A stretch of DNA of 62,719 bases from an uncultured Eubacteriales bacterium (GTDB lineage Bacteria; Bacillota; Clostridia; Christensenellales; CAG-138), in assembly GCA_902797145.1 (NCBI GenBank), contig CADBRR010000007.1, forward strand, positions 1 through 62,719, in the 5' to 3' direction. The position numbers were made by a program, and so were the translations under genes. The notes beneath the pieces were generated by a model. It saw only the letters and a program-made list of their open reading frames with translations. It searched no databases and was not told the origin of the DNA. Positions 59,202 through 62,719 of the stretch are shown here, one piece after another. Within the stretch, counting starts at the first letter, position 1, and each line of letters starts with the position of its first letter.

Positions 59202-60833
59202 TTATTTATTTATTTCGGCAGCGATTCTCAGAATACAAACTGCGTCATGAGTATCAATTTCTCCGTTTGAATCGCAGTCTGCAAATTCTAAATCATCACC
59301 CTTTATTTCATATAACCCAACAACGCATCTTAAAATCAACGTTGCATCTTCGCTATCTACCTTGTAATCTCCATTCACATCGCCTTTTTCCCTTTCGTAA
59401 GAAACATCAGTTCCTGCGATAATTGCACCAGGAAAATAAAAATGAAGAATCTGAGCATAATTCATACCATATTTTTCAGCCATAACTTGTGCGCCACGAT
59501 TGCTCAGACCAACACCCGGGCCGCTTCTTCCATGAAGAACGTTCCATCCCCCATCTGTTTTCAAAGCGTAATAAATTCTCAATCCTGTTTTTGTCATAAC
59601 GCCCTTGCTGTAAAGGTCTGCAAGCTTGAATGTCATTTTAACTTTAACTTTCGATGATGAAACAGCTGTCGGATTATTTTCAAACATAAATGTCTTACTA
59701 TCATAAGCCTTTACATCATCAATATAGCCCAAGTCAAAAGAATCAGATGTTATTCCCTTGCTGGTTTTATCAGCATTAACGGTCATTTCAATCGTCAGTT
59801 TAGTATGATCTCTTCCGCTTGTATCGCCTGAATCCGTATGAGAATAAAGATTTTCGATACTTGTTATTGACGTTGCCTTATATCCTGACAAGTTATCGTT
59901 TGCATATGTGAGCAGGAACGTATTGAGCTTCTTTGTTATATTCTCTGTTGTATTCTTTGCGCTAAAGAAGACTTTATCGAGTTTTGAAGCAGTATTTTCG
60001 ATATCATAATCATCTATTCTTATATCAAATGCTGGATCCCACGATTCAACGCCATTCCAGTTATTTGATGGAATTTCCGTCTGTCCACCATTGCTATCAC
60101 CGAAGAAAGCCCTGAATACCTTGTTATTTCCAATATACATTGAAACATTTGATACAGCATTAACAGCATTTATTGAATTTGAGTATTTCGGATTATAACC
60201 GATATATAATTGGTCGTTGCTAGTATCATCAATATCATAACTGCTTTTAGGTGAAAGCTCTGACAGTGCATAAACTTTTGATGTAACAGCTTGTGCCTTT
60301 ATTGCCTCAATATTTGAGTGCTCACCCTGCTCTATTGCAACAACCCCATATAGGTACTGATTCATCGGAACAGTATTTATTGCACGAACACCGCTTGACG
60401 TATACGAAAAAGTAACATTACCAAGATAATGTCGCCTTGGATAATAAGGTTCACTCTTTGAACAGTTCTTGTTATAAATTCCAAGGTAACCGCCACTATT
60501 GCCTGTATTTTTTCTTATGAGAGTGATAGGCGTTCCCGTATAGATGGTTTTACCATCGAAAGTAGCTTTAAGCGATTTTGAAGATATAGTAACGATAAGC
60601 GTTCCGTCAGAAATCACTTTACCATTTTCCTTTATGGTATACTTGCCAACAACATCTACAGTTAGTTTTGTTTCCGTACCTGTTGAAAGTTTAACACGAA
60701 TAGAACCAAAGTCTGTATCTAACGGTTGAGCATCAGCAAGTAAGCTTTTATCAAAATATGATACTGCAAAAAAATTCGTAACAACCATCATGAAAGCAAC
60801 CACAAGGATAATGTTTTTTATAGATTTAATCAT
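59202..60833 (-). CDS. SpoIID/LytB-domain protein with C-terminal type I dockerin
   Basis: N-terminal TM/signal segment. NQYLYGVVAIEQGEHSNIEAIKAQAVTSKVYAL is the SpoIID core. The C-terminus carries two Ca-loop repeats, GDVNGDYKVDSEDATLILR and DCDSNGEIDTHDAVCILR. Confidence 0.8.
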   Translation of the reverse strand: MIKSIKNIILVVAFMMVVTNFFAVSYFDKSLLADAQPLDTDFGSIRVKLSTGTETKLTVDVVGKYTIKENGKVISDGTLIVTISSKSLKATFDGKTIYTGTPITLIRKNTGNSGGYLGIYNKNCSKSEPYYPRRHYLGNVTFSYTSSGVRAINTVPMNQYLYGVVAIEQGEHSNIEAIKAQAVTSKVYALSELSPKSSYDIDDTSNDQLYIGYNPKYSNSINAVNAVSNVSMYIGNNKVFRAFFGDSNGGQTEIPSNNWNGVESWDPAFDIRIDDYDIENTASKLDKVFFSAKNTTENITKKLNTFLLTYANDNLSGYKATSITSIENLYSHTDSGDTSGRDHTKLTIEMTVNADKTSKGITSDSFDLGYIDDVKAYDSKTFMFENNPTAVSSSKVKVKMTFKLADLYSKGVMTKTGLRIYYALKTDGGWNVLHGRSGPGVGLSNRGAQVMAEKYGMNYAQILHFYFPGAIIAGTDVSYEREKGDVNGDYKVDSEDATLILRCVVGLYEIKGDDLEFADCDSNGEIDTHDAVCILRIAAEINK

Positions 60834-60991
60834 ATTTTACCTCCATATATTTGCTTATTGTACCATAAATTTATGATTTGTGGTAGCTTTTTATCAAAAA
60901 AATTAATAATTCATGCCATTTTTACATAAAAAGTGGGGAATAAATATGATTATTTGACAAAAGCAGGGAATGTTCCCTGCTCAAATTAGCC

Positions 60992-62311
60992 TTAATTTTT
61001 CACTATAAAAATCTCAATTTTATCAGAATCTAACTCTGCACCATCTGGCAAAGTACAGCTAAAACCACCATCTTTAAGTGGGAATGCCTCGTATTCCTTA
61101 TTACCTGATTTAACAATTATCATATCATTTGCAGGGCTAAATGAAGCGGTCAGTTTTCCGCTAACGACATTTTTATTGATTTCAAACTCGCATTTATCAT
61201 CGTGATAAATCATTTTCTTGTCTATACCGTCGATGTTTCTTTGAGGAGCTTCAACCTGAGGTGCTTTTTCAACGAGCAAGTCGATATTTCTTTCAACGAG
61301 TTCGATAAGAACTACATCGAAATCTTCCTTATAAAGATGCGAATAGTTATAAGGAAACTCAGCAGAGTAGAGTATTCTCCCCACATTACTGCTCATATAC
61401 GGTTTTAGCGCCTCGTAGAACGAATCGTGGAAGAAAAGAATTTTCAAATCGTTTTTATCGCTTTTTGTGCCTTCGGTAATCCTTGAACCAAGCCCTGAAC
61501 CATCTTGTTTATAAACTAAATCAACATCATATTCAACTCTTTCATAACTGCCCTTTGATGACGGGAATATAAAATAGTGAATATCACCGCTATAATCATA
61601 AACAGACTTATATTTTGCATCAAGATAATCTTCATACGAATAACCATCTGCAATTTTTGACATTATGGCTCTATAACCTATCAAAGCTCCGTAATCATTC
61701 CAATGCGTATCGTGCCTGTAATATAGCTCCTGCTCACACTTGTTTTCGGTGAGCAACGACTTTAAATCAAGATAATTCACTCCGTATTGCTTCAATGACT
61801 TTTCGAGCTTTGAGAGGTTATTATCATTTGAATAAACAGCAAATCTATCCGACATATATTCAGGATAAATCGAGTTTTTGTTCGGAGCAACAGTAAACAA
61901 GAATTTCTCGCCATTTGCCTGTGCAGCTTCCTGTAAAAGCATCAATGTTTTTGTTGCTGCTTCGATTGAATTATCGTCAAGAACGTTGGTTCCCATATAG
62001 TCGTCAAGCGTTTCCGCATAGAAAATAAAATCGTTTTTTCCGATAACAGTTTTTTCATTTAAAGTATCTGAAAGCGTATTAACGGTAATCAAGTTAAGCG
62101 CAGTAACCATTTGTTCACGGAGTGCAAAATTATCAGAAAAGTAGCTATCAAATTCTTCGGGAAAATCGAGGTTCAATCCGTCATTCTTTATAATAGAAGG
62201 CATTTTTGCAAGCGGTCTATTTTCGTAATTTTTATTTTTAACACCGCAAATAAGCAATAATGACGGTAGCATACACAATAAAATAAATATTGAAATATAA
62301 GCTTTTTTCAT
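60992..62311 (-). CDS. AlgX/AlgJ-like (DHHW-type) O-acetylation accessory protein
   Basis: N-terminal anchor. YYRHDTHWNDYGALIGY matches the D-x-HW active-site block of AlgJ/AlgX/DHHW proteins. Directly downstream of an MBOAT gene. Confidence 0.65.
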   Translation of the reverse strand: MKKAYISIFILLCMLPSLLLICGVKNKNYENRPLAKMPSIIKNDGLNLDFPEEFDSYFSDNFALREQMVTALNLITVNTLSDTLNEKTVIGKNDFIFYAETLDDYMGTNVLDDNSIEAATKTLMLLQEAAQANGEKFLFTVAPNKNSIYPEYMSDRFAVYSNDNNLSKLEKSLKQYGVNYLDLKSLLTENKCEQELYYRHDTHWNDYGALIGYRAIMSKIADGYSYEDYLDAKYKSVYDYSGDIHYFIFPSSKGSYERVEYDVDLVYKQDGSGLGSRITEGTKSDKNDLKILFFHDSFYEALKPYMSSNVGRILYSAEFPYNYSHLYKEDFDVVLIELVERNIDLLVEKAPQVEAPQRNIDGIDKKMIYHDDKCEFEINKNVVSGKLTASFSPANDMIIVKSGNKEYEAFPLKDGGFSCTLPDGAELDSDKIEIFIVKN

Positions 62312-62323
62312 ATTTTTCCTCCA

Positions 62324-62719
62324 CTAAAACCTGAAATAAATAAACGGATTATAGCTTGATGCGCTGAGAATCAGCATACACATAACAAACAAAAAAAGTG
62401 AAATTACAAGCTTAACATTCTCATTTATTTTAATTTTTTCAACAACAGGCATTGAGAAAATAACTGCAAGCACAAACACGAAAATAGTAATCGGGCTAAC
62501 GATAACAGAAAGCGTTGATGCAAATTCTCCTCCGAAATTGAACCCAGCAAACATATTACCTATCATAACAAGCGCAGAGCCAATATTATCTGCCCTAAAA
62601 ATTACGAAACCGACAGTAATTACGATAATTGAATATATGTGCGATAATATCTTGTGTTTAGGCTTATAAACGTTATCCTCGAACAAAAGGAATGCTCCGT
62701 TATATAACCCCCATGCAAC
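62324..62719 (-). CDS. MBOAT family O-acyltransferase (AlgI/DltB-like), C-terminal part only
   Basis: The frame is open to the window end (…VAWGLYNGAFLLFEDNVYKPK…). Multi-TM C-terminus ending YNPFIYFRF, as in AlgI/DltB homologs. The ORF-track Met is an internal TTG. Confidence 0.7.
   Translation of the reverse strand, partial: VAWGLYNGAFLLFEDNVYKPKHKILSHIYSIIVITVGFVIFRADNIGSALVMIGNMFAGFNFGGEFASTLSVIVSPITIFVFVLAVIFSMPVVEKIKINENVKLVISLFLFVMCMLILSASSYNPFIYFRF

Overview
Low-GC Firmicute (Clostridia-type) chromosome. A dockerin-bearing protein, butyrate kinase and the gene order suggest a Ruminococcus/Oscillospiraceae-like organism, but that is inference. The backbone is ordinary. It includes rplM-rpsI, buk, mreB, nucleoside catabolism (cdd, deoC), glgP-patB, the queA-tgt-tsaE-tsaB-rimI cluster, and a complete minus-strand S10-spc-alpha ribosomal operon (rpsJ to rplQ, 42.8-58.8 kb). 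Four accessory insertions stand out.

1. A 5.6-kb AT-rich island (9001-14649) sits inside the shared buk/SBP terminator hairpin and is flanked by a perfect 27-bp direct repeat. It carries one operon: an HTH-fused m5C methyltransferase, a two-domain PD-(D/E)xK nuclease, a second m5C methyltransferase, and an uncharacterised 475-aa protein with an Rx6H (HEPN-like) motif. No recombinase is present. This is my best candidate for an undescribed defence module.
2. An ORF-less group IIC intron-like RNA lies directly after the rplQ terminator, next to an IS30 pseudogene and two orphan genes.
3. A truncated prophage head module abuts the rpsI terminator.
4. A tandem CpXC gene duplication retains a nearly unchanged 33-nt relic of the cdd 3' end.

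Other points of interest are a RimI-kinase-like fusion, a tandem ATP-grasp ligase pair, a PII-like/antiporter/DUF2284 operon, and a SpoIID-dockerin protein. No rRNA, tRNA or CRISPR array was seen. All calls come from reading the sequence and ORF translations by eye. No database search was run.
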